A stretch of DNA of 64,000 nucleotides from an uncultured Gammaproteobacteria bacterium (GTDB taxonomy: Bacteria; Pseudomonadota; Gammaproteobacteria; Steroidobacterales; Steroidobacteraceae): assembly GCA_963708865.1 (NCBI GenBank), contig CAVPUC010000001.1:149995-213994 (forward strand), written 5' to 3'. Each line of letters begins with the position of its first letter. Positions within the stretch are counted from its first letter, which is position 1. Below the pieces are notes generated by a model. That model was not told the DNA's origin. It did not search any database and saw only the letters and a program-made list of their open reading frames with translations. Positions 29,161 through 37,811 of the stretch are shown here, in pieces. The position numbers and the translations under genes were made by a program.

Positions 29161-29619
29161 TCACTTGGCGCCGGGCGGTGTGGTCGGCGTGCACGGGGTG
29201 CCGATCTTCTGAGAATCCGTCTTCATGGTGATCTGCTGGCCGTTCATCGACATGATCATCGTGGTCTTGGCATGATCTGCCTCAAACACGGATTCGACCG
29301 TGCCCTGCATCGGCTGCTGGCCCGTGCACATGATGGCGGCCGAGAACTTGTTGCCCTCGCGCTTGACGTTCTGAACGCTGCAATTGCTGCCCATGCCGGG
29401 CCCCTGCGGCTTTGAGAGCGTCTCCTGCTCCTTGCCCTTCGGCAGACACATTTCCATCGTGCGCGCCGGCATCGCCATGCCCGGCATCTCCATACTCGTG
29501 CTCAGGCGCCACATTTCACCGGCGGGTTTGTCATCCGCCAGCGCGACCCCCTGGGCACCCAGAACGGCAAGCAAGGCCGTTGCCGCAGTGCTGACGCGAA
29601 CCTGTGTGGAAATGCGCAT
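29161..29619 (-). CDS. Secreted DUF3617-like protein with a Met-rich segment
   Basis: Start set at ATG 29619 (MRISTQVRVSTAATALLAVLGAQGVALA signal peptide). Met-rich stretch SMEMPGMAMPARTMEMCLP, with conserved Cys residues spaced as in DUF3617 lipoprotein-like proteins. Confidence 0.6.
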   Translation of the reverse strand: MRISTQVRVSTAATALLAVLGAQGVALADDKPAGEMWRLSTSMEMPGMAMPARTMEMCLPKGKEQETLSKPQGPGMGSNCSVQNVKREGNKFSAAIMCTGQQPMQGTVESVFEADHAKTTMIMSMNGQQITMKTDSQKIGTPCTPTTPPGAK

Positions 29620-29806
29620 ACCCGCTCCCCTGTTGTGAATGAACTCCCGCCGCGGATACAAATTGTAAGCCAGGCCGCGGCCCCGCCGCCGCAAGTTTTC
29701 GCGCCGCGGCTCGATGAGAACATCCGGTTCGCGCTGCAGTGCAGCGCTCAGTTTGGGGTGGGTGCTAAGCCGGGCTCGGAGGGCCGCAGCGCCGTATTGC
29801 GCGGGT

Positions 29807-31635
29807 TCACACCAGCTCCTCCCACTTGCGGCTGAGGCGCAGGGCGCTGATGATGATGCCGACCATGCTGTAGCTCTGCGGAAAATTTCCCCACAGCTCG
29901 CCGGTCACCGGGTCGATGTCCTCCGACAACAAGCCGACCGCATTGCGGCGGCCGAGCAGTTTCACGAACAGATCGCGCGCCTCGTCCATCCGGCCCACTG
30001 CGGCCAGCGCATTCACGTACCAGAACGCGCATACCGTGAAGGTCGTGGTGGGCACACCGAAGTCATCGGCATTGCGGTAACGAAACAGCAGCTCCCCGCA
30101 GCGCAGCTGTTTGCCGATCGCATCGACCGTGCCGATGAAGCGCTCATCCGATGCCGGCAGAAAACGCAACTCGGCGAACAACAGCGTCGTGGCATCCAGC
30201 GTGTCACCGCCGAACGTCGCCACGAATGAGCCCAGGGTCGGATTCCACGCCTCGGCGAGGATGCGCGCGTGCATGCTCGCCGCCTGCTCCGTCCAGCGCG
30301 CGGCGGCTTCCTTCTTGCCGATGAGCGCCGCGATTTCGGCAAGGCGGTTACAGCCCGCCCAGGACATGACCGCGGTGAAGGTGTGGCTCACCTCGATGCC
30401 GCGAAGCTCCCAGGGCCCGGCATCCGAAGCGCCAAATCCGCGCACTGCCTGCTCGCCCAGTCGCTCGAGCCCCGCGAACAGCCTTTCGTGGTCGTATACC
30501 TGCAGCCGCTCATCGTAGAACAGCTGCGCAGCCGCGAGGATGATCGCCCCATAGATATCGTGCTGTATCTGCTCGAAGGCCTGGTTGCCGATGCGTACCG
30601 GCCCCATGCCCCGATACCCGCGCAGGGACGGCACCGTGCCCTCCGCCAACTGCTCCTCACCGCTGATGCCATAGAGGGGCCGCAGCTCGCCCGCGGGGGC
30701 GCGGACATGGGTGTTGTGGATGAAGCGCAGGTACTCCTCCATGGTCTGGGTGGCGCCAAGCCGGTTGAGCGCATGAACCGTAAAGTAACTGTCGCGCAGC
30801 CAGCAGTACCGGTAGTCCCAGTTGCGCGAGCTGTCAGGAGCCTCCGGAATTGAAGTGGTGAGCGCCGCGAGTACCGCGCCGGTGTCCTCAAAGGTGCACA
30901 ACTTCAGGGTGATTGCCGCCCGGATCACCGCCTCCTGGTAGTCGGCGGGAATCGCCAGTCCCCGCACCCAGTTCTCCCAGTATGTACGGGTGCGGTCGAG
31001 CAGCGAGCGCCCGTACGCCGTCAGCGCACCGTTGAGCGGCTCGTCATCCCCCAGAATGAAGGTCAGGGGGCTCGCCAGGACGAACACGCGCTCCTCGCCG
31101 ATCGCGGTCAGCGACGCATCGGTCGTCACCCGGTAGGTGTGCTCCTCCGTAACGAAGCGGATCGAATGACTGTTGAACGTCACGCCCGGGGTGACGGCGC
31201 CGTAATTGCCGGTGGGCCGCAGCCGCACGCGTATCACCGGGCGCCCGACCACGGGCTCCACGATGCGTACCAGCATCGAGGGACGATGCATACGGTCGCG
31301 GCTGCGATAGCGCGGGCAGAAATCGATCACTCGCATGGTGGCGTCATCGCGCGCGTGGAGGGTCTCGAGCACCGCGGTGTTACGCACGTACCGCTGTTGA
31401 ATCCGGGCGCTGCCTTCCATACTGATCGAGAACACACCGCGCCCGGGATCACCGCTCGGGCTCAACAACGCGCTGAATACCGGATCGCCATCGAGGCGTG
31501 GCAGGCAGGTTGCAGGCAGGTAACAATGGAGCCCGTGGCATCGATCAGGGCGGCAACCTGGCAGTTGCCGATGACGGCCAGATTGAGGTCCGGGCTACCG
31601 CTCAATGATCCAAACCCAGGCAACCGCACAGCCAT
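29807..31635 (-). pseudogene. Glycoside hydrolase family 15 (glucoamylase/trehalase-like), disrupted by a net 11-nt insertion at 31500-31521
   Basis: The N-terminal piece (DLNLAVIGNCQVAALIDATGSIVTCL) in ORF 31462..31668 resumes as PRLDGDPVFSALLSPSGDPG... in ORF 29807..31468. GH15 motifs are present (NWDYRYCWLRDS). The start is either ATG 31635 or TTG 31605, which overlaps the otsB stop. Confidence 0.85.
31501..31521. repeat. 10-bp direct repeat GCAGGCAGGT x2 separated by 1 nt, inside the GH15 gene
   Basis: Read directly: 31501-31510 and 31512-31521 are identical. Removing 11 nt restores the reading ...IVTCLPRLDGDP... Confidence 0.9.
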
Positions 31636-32390
31636 GAGCGTACTGCCGCAGGATCCGGCAGCCACCATGGGGCCGTCACCCGGGAACCAACCGCGATGCC
31701 CATGCCGTTGACGCGTCCCACCGCCGCAAATCCAGCCCGGTCAGTCTGGTCCGCACCGATGAAGATCGGAAAGCGGCCTGCAAACGGCGCTTCGCTCATG
31801 AAGCGCTCCAGCGCCGCAGCCTTGTTACAGGCGCGCGGTCGAAGTTCCAGGATCTCACCGCCCTGCTGTACCTCGAACATGCCGCGCGATCCCGCCGCGA
31901 GCGCCTCCAGGTCGGCACGCAGCCGCGACAACGGCACCGACGGCGCGCCGCGATAATGCACCGCGAATGCGCAGCCCTTGTCTTCAATGAACAAGCCCTT
32001 GTAATGACGCAGCCGCATGCGCAGTGACATGCGGGTCTGCCATACCACGGTCGCGGGGATCGAGCAGCGCTCGACCGTGCCATCGGCGCGACGGCGCTGC
32101 GCCCCATGGATGGCCGAAAGCGGCAGGCACAAAGGCGCCAGCAGTGCATCCATGTTTTCGATACTGCGCCCGCTGAGCACGGCCACGGCACCGCCGGTCG
32201 CGACATACAGCTCATCCAGCAGATACAGCAAGCCACCGTCCACCACCACCTGGTCGGGACTGCGCTCCATATTGACCAGGGTGCCATCGAATTCCAGAAA
32301 AATCGCACAGTGCTGCGCGATGCGGTTCAGTGGTGGCCGCATGCCGTGCAGCTGCTGAAAATCCCGATTTACAGACGCGCTTTCGCCCAT
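31602..32390 (-). CDS. otsB: Trehalose-6-phosphate phosphatase
   Basis: Start set at ATG 32390 (MGESASVNRDFQQ...). HAD motifs are present (IFLEFDGTL, VLSGRS, FIGADQTD). Followed by a GH15 gene, as in many otsB loci. Confidence 0.8.
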   Translation of the reverse strand: MGESASVNRDFQQLHGMRPPLNRIAQHCAIFLEFDGTLVNMERSPDQVVVDGGLLYLLDELYVATGGAVAVLSGRSIENMDALLAPLCLPLSAIHGAQRRRADGTVERCSIPATVVWQTRMSLRMRLRHYKGLFIEDKGCAFAVHYRGAPSVPLSRLRADLEALAAGSRGMFEVQQGGEILELRPRACNKAAALERFMSEAPFAGRFPIFIGADQTDRAGFAAVGRVNGMGIAVGSRVTAPWWLPDPAAVRSWLCGCLGLDH

Positions 32391-32494
32391 GCTCAAATCC
32401 CTTCCGTACGGCCCCGCGGGCCCCACAATCATTTCACGTCGCGCAATGTTTGCTATGCTGCAACCATCGTCTGTGAGGCGGGACGCCCGGGGAA

Positions 32495-32965
32495 ATGGCT
32501 GTCGGAAATCTCCTACAACGTGACCGTCGGCGTCGCGACGCACTGCTCGCGGCGCGCGTCATCGTTGACCAGATGCGCGAGCAGTATCGTGCGCTCGAGC
32601 GCGCCACCGGTGCCCCGATCACCAGTCACCGGGTGCTCGCGGCCATTGCGGCAACACCCGGGATCGGTGCCTCGGCGCTGGCGCAGCGCTTGGGCATGAA
32701 CCGGCCGGCGATGAGTCAGGCCCTGAAGGCGCTGGAGGAGCGCGGCTGGATCAGCCGGCGACGGGATCTGGGAGACGGTCGCTCGGTACGGCTGCGCCTG
32801 ACGGAGGGCGGCAGCCAGTTGCTGCGCTCCACGGTGGGACGCGCCTCCGGGAAACTCGATCGGTGCATCCGGTCGCTGTCGGACGCGGAGCTGCGCGCCG
32901 CGACCGTCGGGTTGCGCGCCATCGCGCGGCAGCTGGCGCACAAGCCAGTGCGACGCCGCGCCTAG
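32495..32965 (+). CDS. MarR-family transcriptional regulator
   Basis: 156 aa with a winged HTH (ASALAQRLGMNRPAMSQALKALEERGWISRRRDLGDGRSVRLRLTEGG). Confidence 0.85.
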   Translation: MAVGNLLQRDRRRRDALLAARVIVDQMREQYRALERATGAPITSHRVLAAIAATPGIGASALAQRLGMNRPAMSQALKALEERGWISRRRDLGDGRSVRLRLTEGGSQLLRSTVGRASGKLDRCIRSLSDAELRAATVGLRAIARQLAHKPVRRRA

Positions 32966-32966
32966 T

Positions 32967-33885
32967 TCAACCCTGCTCGCCCAGCTTGAGGAGCGCACCG
33001 TACAGTTCCGGCCGGCGATCGCGGAACACGTACCAGTTGGCGCGCTGGGCGGCGAGCTGCGCCAGATCAAAGCTTGCCACCAGCACCGCATCGCCCTCCT
33101 CAGGTGCCTCGGCCAGCGTCGCGCCGGTCGCATCGGTGATGAACGAGGAGCCGTAGAAGCGGATGAACAGGCCCGCCGGATCCTGCAGCGATCGCTCCAG
33201 CCCGTAGCGGTTGGCGGCGAGCAGCGGCATCAGGTTCGCCGCCGCGTGGCCCTGCTGGATCCGCTGCCAGTGCGCGCGCGAATTGACCGCCACCGCCGGC
33301 GGCGGCTCGCTGCCGATGGCCGTCGGAAACAGCAGCAGTTCGGCGCCGAGCAAGGCCATGATGCGCGCCGTCTCGGGAAACCACTGATCCCAGCAGATGC
33401 CGACGCCGATCCGGCCATGCCGGGTGTTCCAGACCTTGAAGCCCGTGTCACCGGGGGAGAAGTAAGTCTTCTCCTGGTAGCCCGGGCCGTTGGGGATGTG
33501 GGTCTTGCGGTACACCCCCAGCACCTCGCCATCCGCATCGATGACCGCGACCGAATTGAAATAAGCCAGGCCATCGCGTTCGAAGAAGCTGATCGGCAGC
33601 ACCGCTTCGAGCTCGCGCGCCACGCTGCGAAAGTGCCGCACGGCCGCGTTATGCGTGAGCGGCTGCGCCAGCGACAGATGCCGCGAGTCCTGCTCGATGC
33701 AGAAGTACGGTGTCTCGAACAGTTCCGGAAGGAGGATGATGCGGGCGCCCTGGCGGGCCGCCTCGCGAACCAGCTGTTCAGCGTGCGCAATGTTCGCAGC
33801 CGCCATCCCAGCCGCAGCTCATCTGTACGGCGGCGACTGTGACCGGCCGCGGCTTGCTCTGCAGGTGACGCGGCGCCTCGGTCAC
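32967..33885 (-). pseudogene. aguB: N-carbamoylputrescine amidase (nitrilase superfamily), reading frame broken near 33804
   Basis: The N-terminus (GTG 33885; TEAPRHLQSKPRPVTVAAVQMSCGWD) lies in the frame of ORF 33778..35304. It continues as AAANIAHAEQLVREAARQGARIILLPELFETPYFC... in ORF 32967..33806 once one nt is skipped. The catalytic Cys motif GVGICWDQWFPE is present. Confidence 0.85.
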
Positions 33886-35265
33886 TCGAAAACCTTGCCG
33901 GGATTGAGGATGCCGTGCGGATCCAAGGCCCGCTTGAGGGTGCGCATCGCGTCGATTTCCTGCGCGCGTGCGCGAGATGTTCAGGAAATGCCGGCGCTCA
34001 AGACCAATGCCGTGCTCGGCGGAGATGCTGCCCTCGATCGGGCGCAGCAGCTCATACGCCATCTCCTCCCCCAAACGCATGAGCGCAGGCTCACCGCTCC
34101 CGGGTGCCACGATGACATGCAGGTTGCCGTCGGCGACATGGCCGAATGCGAACACGCGCCCTGCGGGCATGCGCTGCGCCACCGCCTCGCGCAGCTTGGC
34201 GAGGTAGCCGGCCATATCCTCGATGGCCATGCTGACATCGAAATTCAGCGTGGCCCCATAATGCTGAGTGATCAGCCACGGATCATCACGGGGCGCCCAG
34301 ATGGCCGCGCGCTCGGCCTCGGATTTGGCAATGACCGCATCGAGCACCACGCCGCACTCCATGGCACCCGCCAGCGCCTCCTCGAAACGCAGCCCGTCGC
34401 TGTCGATGTCCGCCCCGGAGGCTTCCACCAGTCCGTAGATGCCGTGCCCTGCCGGCAGCAGCGCCCGATGGTGTCCGAAGGCGCTGGTGGTCGCCTCGTA
34501 GAAATCCGGCCACATGGCCTCAAAGGCGCTCAGCTGTCCGCCCAGGCTCGCATCGAGCATGCCGAGCAGCTTCACCAGGCCCTCGAAGTCCTGGCAGGCG
34601 ACCAGGGCGGTATTGGTGCTGCGCGGCCGCGGAAACAGGCGCAGCTCCGCGCGCGTCACCACGCCTAGAGTGCCCTCGGAGCCGATGAACAGCTGCTTCA
34701 GATCGTAACCGGCGTTGTTCTTGATCATGCGGTTCAGACCCTTGAGCACCGTGCCATCCGCGAGCACCGCCTCAATCCCCAGCACCAGCGCGCGCATCAT
34801 GCCGTAACGCAGCACCCGCACGCCGCCGGCGTTGGTGGAGATGTTGCCGCCGATGGTGCAGGTGCCGCGGCCGCCCAGATCCAGCGCGAACATCAGGTCG
34901 TGACGCTCCGCCTCCTCCTGCACCCGCTGCAGGATGGCCCCTGACTGCACGCGCATGGTACGGCCGATGACATCCACCCGTTCGATGGCATTCATGCGCT
35001 CAGTCGACAAGATCAGTTCGTGCGCAGTGGTGGCGGTGCCCTCGACGAGCCCCGAGCGCCCGCCATGCGTGACCACGCTCTGGCGACGCGCATGACACAG
35101 CCGCAACACACCGCTGACCTCGTCGGTCGACGCGGGCCGCACCAGCGCCGCGGCGAGCGGCACATGGCCGTTCACATCGGCCCGCTCCTGCACGGCAGCG
35201 CCGGTGAGCACGCCGGAGTCGCCGACGAGCGCGCGCAGATCGGCCAGTAATCCTGAATCAAGCAT
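33882..35265 (-). pseudogene. FAD-linked oxidase (GlcD/D-lactate dehydrogenase family), reading frame broken in a CG-rich run at 33961-33980
   Basis: The body lies in ORF 33778..35304 (start ATG 35265, MLDSGLLADLRALVG...; GGRGTCTIGGNISTNAGG, SAEHGIGLERR). The expected C-terminus, [26 protein letters not shown], is in another frame and ends at 33882, overlapping the aguB GTG start. Confidence 0.8.
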
Positions 35266-35334
35266 CGCGGTACCTGCTGGTTGTACAGGCACGGATTTTC
35301 GCACAACCGCCGCGACCGCGGCGCTGTTGTGCCT

Positions 35335-36033
35335 TCAGTGAAGCAGCCGCTGGCGGTCCTGCGTGTGGCTTTCGGTGAACAGTGCCTGATCCAGCGCCTG
35401 AATGTAGGTCGGCACATCGGCCGCACCGGGTACCAGTACCCGGCTGTTCAAGAGCAGATTGGGCACGCCTTCCACGCCCAGGCCGCGCAGCCGGCGCTCC
35501 TCGGCGAGAACTTCCTCGCGGCCCTTGGGACCGCCCGTAAAGGCCGCGCGCACCGACTCCTCGACACCCGCCTCCCCGGCCAGCTGGACCAGCACCAAAG
35601 GGTTGCTGATGTCGCGACCGGCCTCGAAGAAGGCGCGGAAAATCCCATCGATGAGTTCGCCCTGCCGCACGTCATGCCCGGCCAGATGCACCAGCCGGTG
35701 CGCCTCGCGGGTGTCCGGCAGGACCGCGATGCGCTCGAAGTGAAAGGCGATATCCAGCTCGCGCCCCGCGCTCTCAAGCTTGCGCTGCGCCTCCTCCACA
35801 TCGGCGCCTGCGGACAGCCGCCCCGCCAGGTGCTCGCGCCAGCCGCTCTGGGTCATGCCGGCGAGCGGCAGCCCATGCCAGCGCTCGATGCGCGAGGTCG
35901 CCCCATAGAGGCTGTCGAGGGCCCGCGTCAGATTGCGCTTGCCGATAAAGGACCAGGGACAGGCCAGGTCACCGATGAAATCCAGCTCCAGTGACCGCGG
36001 CCGGGATCCGACATGAAGAATTTGGGTGTCCAT
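35335..36033 (-). CDS. DsbA-family / 2-hydroxychromene-2-carboxylate isomerase-like thioredoxin-fold protein
   Basis: 232 aa. The N-terminal active-site region (DFIGDLACPWSF) has a single Cys, and there is a C-terminal VEGVPNLLLN motif. Confidence 0.7.
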   Translation of the reverse strand: MDTQILHVGSRPRSLELDFIGDLACPWSFIGKRNLTRALDSLYGATSRIERWHGLPLAGMTQSGWREHLAGRLSAGADVEEAQRKLESAGRELDIAFHFERIAVLPDTREAHRLVHLAGHDVRQGELIDGIFRAFFEAGRDISNPLVLVQLAGEAGVEESVRAAFTGGPKGREEVLAEERRLRGLGVEGVPNLLLNSRVLVPGAADVPTYIQALDQALFTESHTQDRQRLLH

Positions 36034-36063
36034 GCCGGATATCTGGCGCCCCCGGACCCGAAT

Positions 36064-37020
36064 TCAAGGGCTGCGGCCCCGGCGGCTCTTCTGGACCTGG
36101 GCCGTGATCTGGATGGCCGTTTCGAGCGCCGCAAGACCCGCCTCGCCGCTGACCACCGGCGCCTGTCCCTGCCGGATGCAGGTGAGGAAGGAGTGGATCT
36201 CCGCCTGCAGGGCATCGCCGGGCTCGAAGATGCGCTCCTCGATGCTCACCGGCAGCTGCCCGGCGGCCGGCGGCCCGAGCCGCTTGCGGATCACCGTCAC
36301 GATCTTCTGCTGCAAATCCATGGACACGTACGCTTCGTCCGAAAACACCCGCATCTTGCGTTCGGTCTTCAACGACACGCGACTGGCCGTGGCATTGGCG
36401 ACGCAGCCATTGGCGAAACGGATCCGCGCATTGGCGATATCCACATCCTCGGAAAACACCGGCGTGCCGATCGCATCGATCGATTCGATGGCGGAGCCCA
36501 CCAGGGTCTGCACGATGTCGATGTCATGAATCATGAGATCGAGCACCACGCTCACATCCGTGCCGCGCTCCTTGTAGGGCGCCAGGCGGTGACACTCGAT
36601 GAAGCGCGGGGCCTTGAGGTGCTGCTCGGCGCCGAGAATGGCGGAATTGAAGCGCTCCAGATGGCCGACCTGCAACACCCGGCCGTGTTGGGCGGCGAGC
36701 TGGATGAGTTCGCGGGCCTGCTGCGGGGTCTCGGTAATGGGCTTTTCAACCAGCACATGGGCCCCCGCCTCGAGGAACTGCCGGGCGATGGGGAAATGCG
36801 CGGCGGTCGGCGTCACGATGCTGACCGCATCGACCTCGCCCAGCAGGTTTTGGAAGTCGGCAAGGCCGCGGGCCCCGACTTCGGTTGCCACCGCCTCCCG
36901 GGCCTCCGCACGCGCATCCACTACCGCGACCAGTTCACATTCGGGGAGCTGCGCATACTTCTGGGCGTGAAATCGCCCCAGGTACCCCACGCCGATCACC
37001 GCTACTCTGACTTTTTTCAT
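36064..37020 (-). CDS. Gfo/Idh/MocA-family NAD(P)-dependent oxidoreductase
   Basis: Start set at ATG 37020 (MKKVRVAVIGVGYLGRFHA, Rossmann GxGxxG). EKP motif (LVEKPITET). Confidence 0.8.
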   Translation of the reverse strand: MKKVRVAVIGVGYLGRFHAQKYAQLPECELVAVVDARAEAREAVATEVGARGLADFQNLLGEVDAVSIVTPTAAHFPIARQFLEAGAHVLVEKPITETPQQARELIQLAAQHGRVLQVGHLERFNSAILGAEQHLKAPRFIECHRLAPYKERGTDVSVVLDLMIHDIDIVQTLVGSAIESIDAIGTPVFSEDVDIANARIRFANGCVANATASRVSLKTERKMRVFSDEAYVSMDLQQKIVTVIRKRLGPPAAGQLPVSIEERIFEPGDALQAEIHSFLTCIRQGQAPVVSGEAGLAALETAIQITAQVQKSRRGRSP

Positions 37021-37043
37021 TCGGGCGTTATTATGCCTGCAAC

Positions 37044-37322
37044 ATGTCAATGAATATCGCCGTGGTCCGGCGCGAACTGCTGTGGCTGCTAATCGCCCTC
37101 ACGGTCGGGCTGTTGCTGCTGCCGCCGCTGATCTGGCTGCTCGGATCGCACGTCTTCGGGCCCTACGCGGGGGGCAACGGCCGAGACCTTGTGGATCATT
37201 TTTTCCGGGGCTTGGGACAGGGCCTGCAGGCCTTCTGGATCGTCGCCCTGGGACCCTACGTGGTCATCTTGACGTTGCGGGCCACCCTGGCCGCGCTGCG
37301 CACCGTCAGACAGCCAGCGTGA
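37044..37322 (+). CDS. Small membrane protein, unknown function
   Basis: 92 aa with two hydrophobic helices (LLWLLIALTVGLLLLPPLIWLL, FWIVALGPYVVILTL). No family recognised. Confidence 0.4.
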   Translation: MSMNIAVVRRELLWLLIALTVGLLLLPPLIWLLGSHVFGPYAGGNGRDLVDHFFRGLGQGLQAFWIVALGPYVVILTLRATLAALRTVRQPA

Positions 37323-37368
37323 GGTCGCCGTACCTGTCGCGACCCTTACCGTTAGGCCTAAGCCGCGG

Positions 37369-37701
37369 CTACTTCTTTGGCCAGTACAGCCATACGGCCG
37401 CGCACAAGCTTACGGTAGTGGCGGCATGGGCGGCCAGGCGCCAGTGGCGCTCGCGCAATTGCGCGTAAAAGCTGATCCCGGCCACCGCCGAGAGGGTGCC
37501 AAATACCGCGATGGCGACTCCCAGCGTGGTCTTCTCGCCGAAAAGTTCGCCGGCTTCGTCCGCGGGGACGAACAATAATGTGACCCAGGTGAGCGTCAAC
37601 CCGAAGAATAAGGTGAAGGTGGAACCCATGAGGATGCCGATCAGAACCGCCAATGGACGCATGATGCCGAAAGTAACCCGATATGCTGTTGATGACGCCA
37701 A
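37369..37701 (-). CDS. Small membrane protein, unknown function
   Basis: 110 aa with three to four hydrophobic segments. No family recognised. Confidence 0.4.
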   Translation of the reverse strand: MASSTAYRVTFGIMRPLAVLIGILMGSTFTLFFGLTLTWVTLLFVPADEAGELFGEKTTLGVAIAVFGTLSAVAGISFYAQLRERHWRLAAHAATTVSLCAAVWLYWPKK

Positions 37702-37811
37702 TTCCGCAGGTGGAAATGGAGCACTTGCTGCAATGAAGCGCGCACTCTAGCCTAGTAGCCTCCGAGCCACGCGATTTCCCAGGCGATCACCCAAGGACCT
37801 CCGCACCCCTC

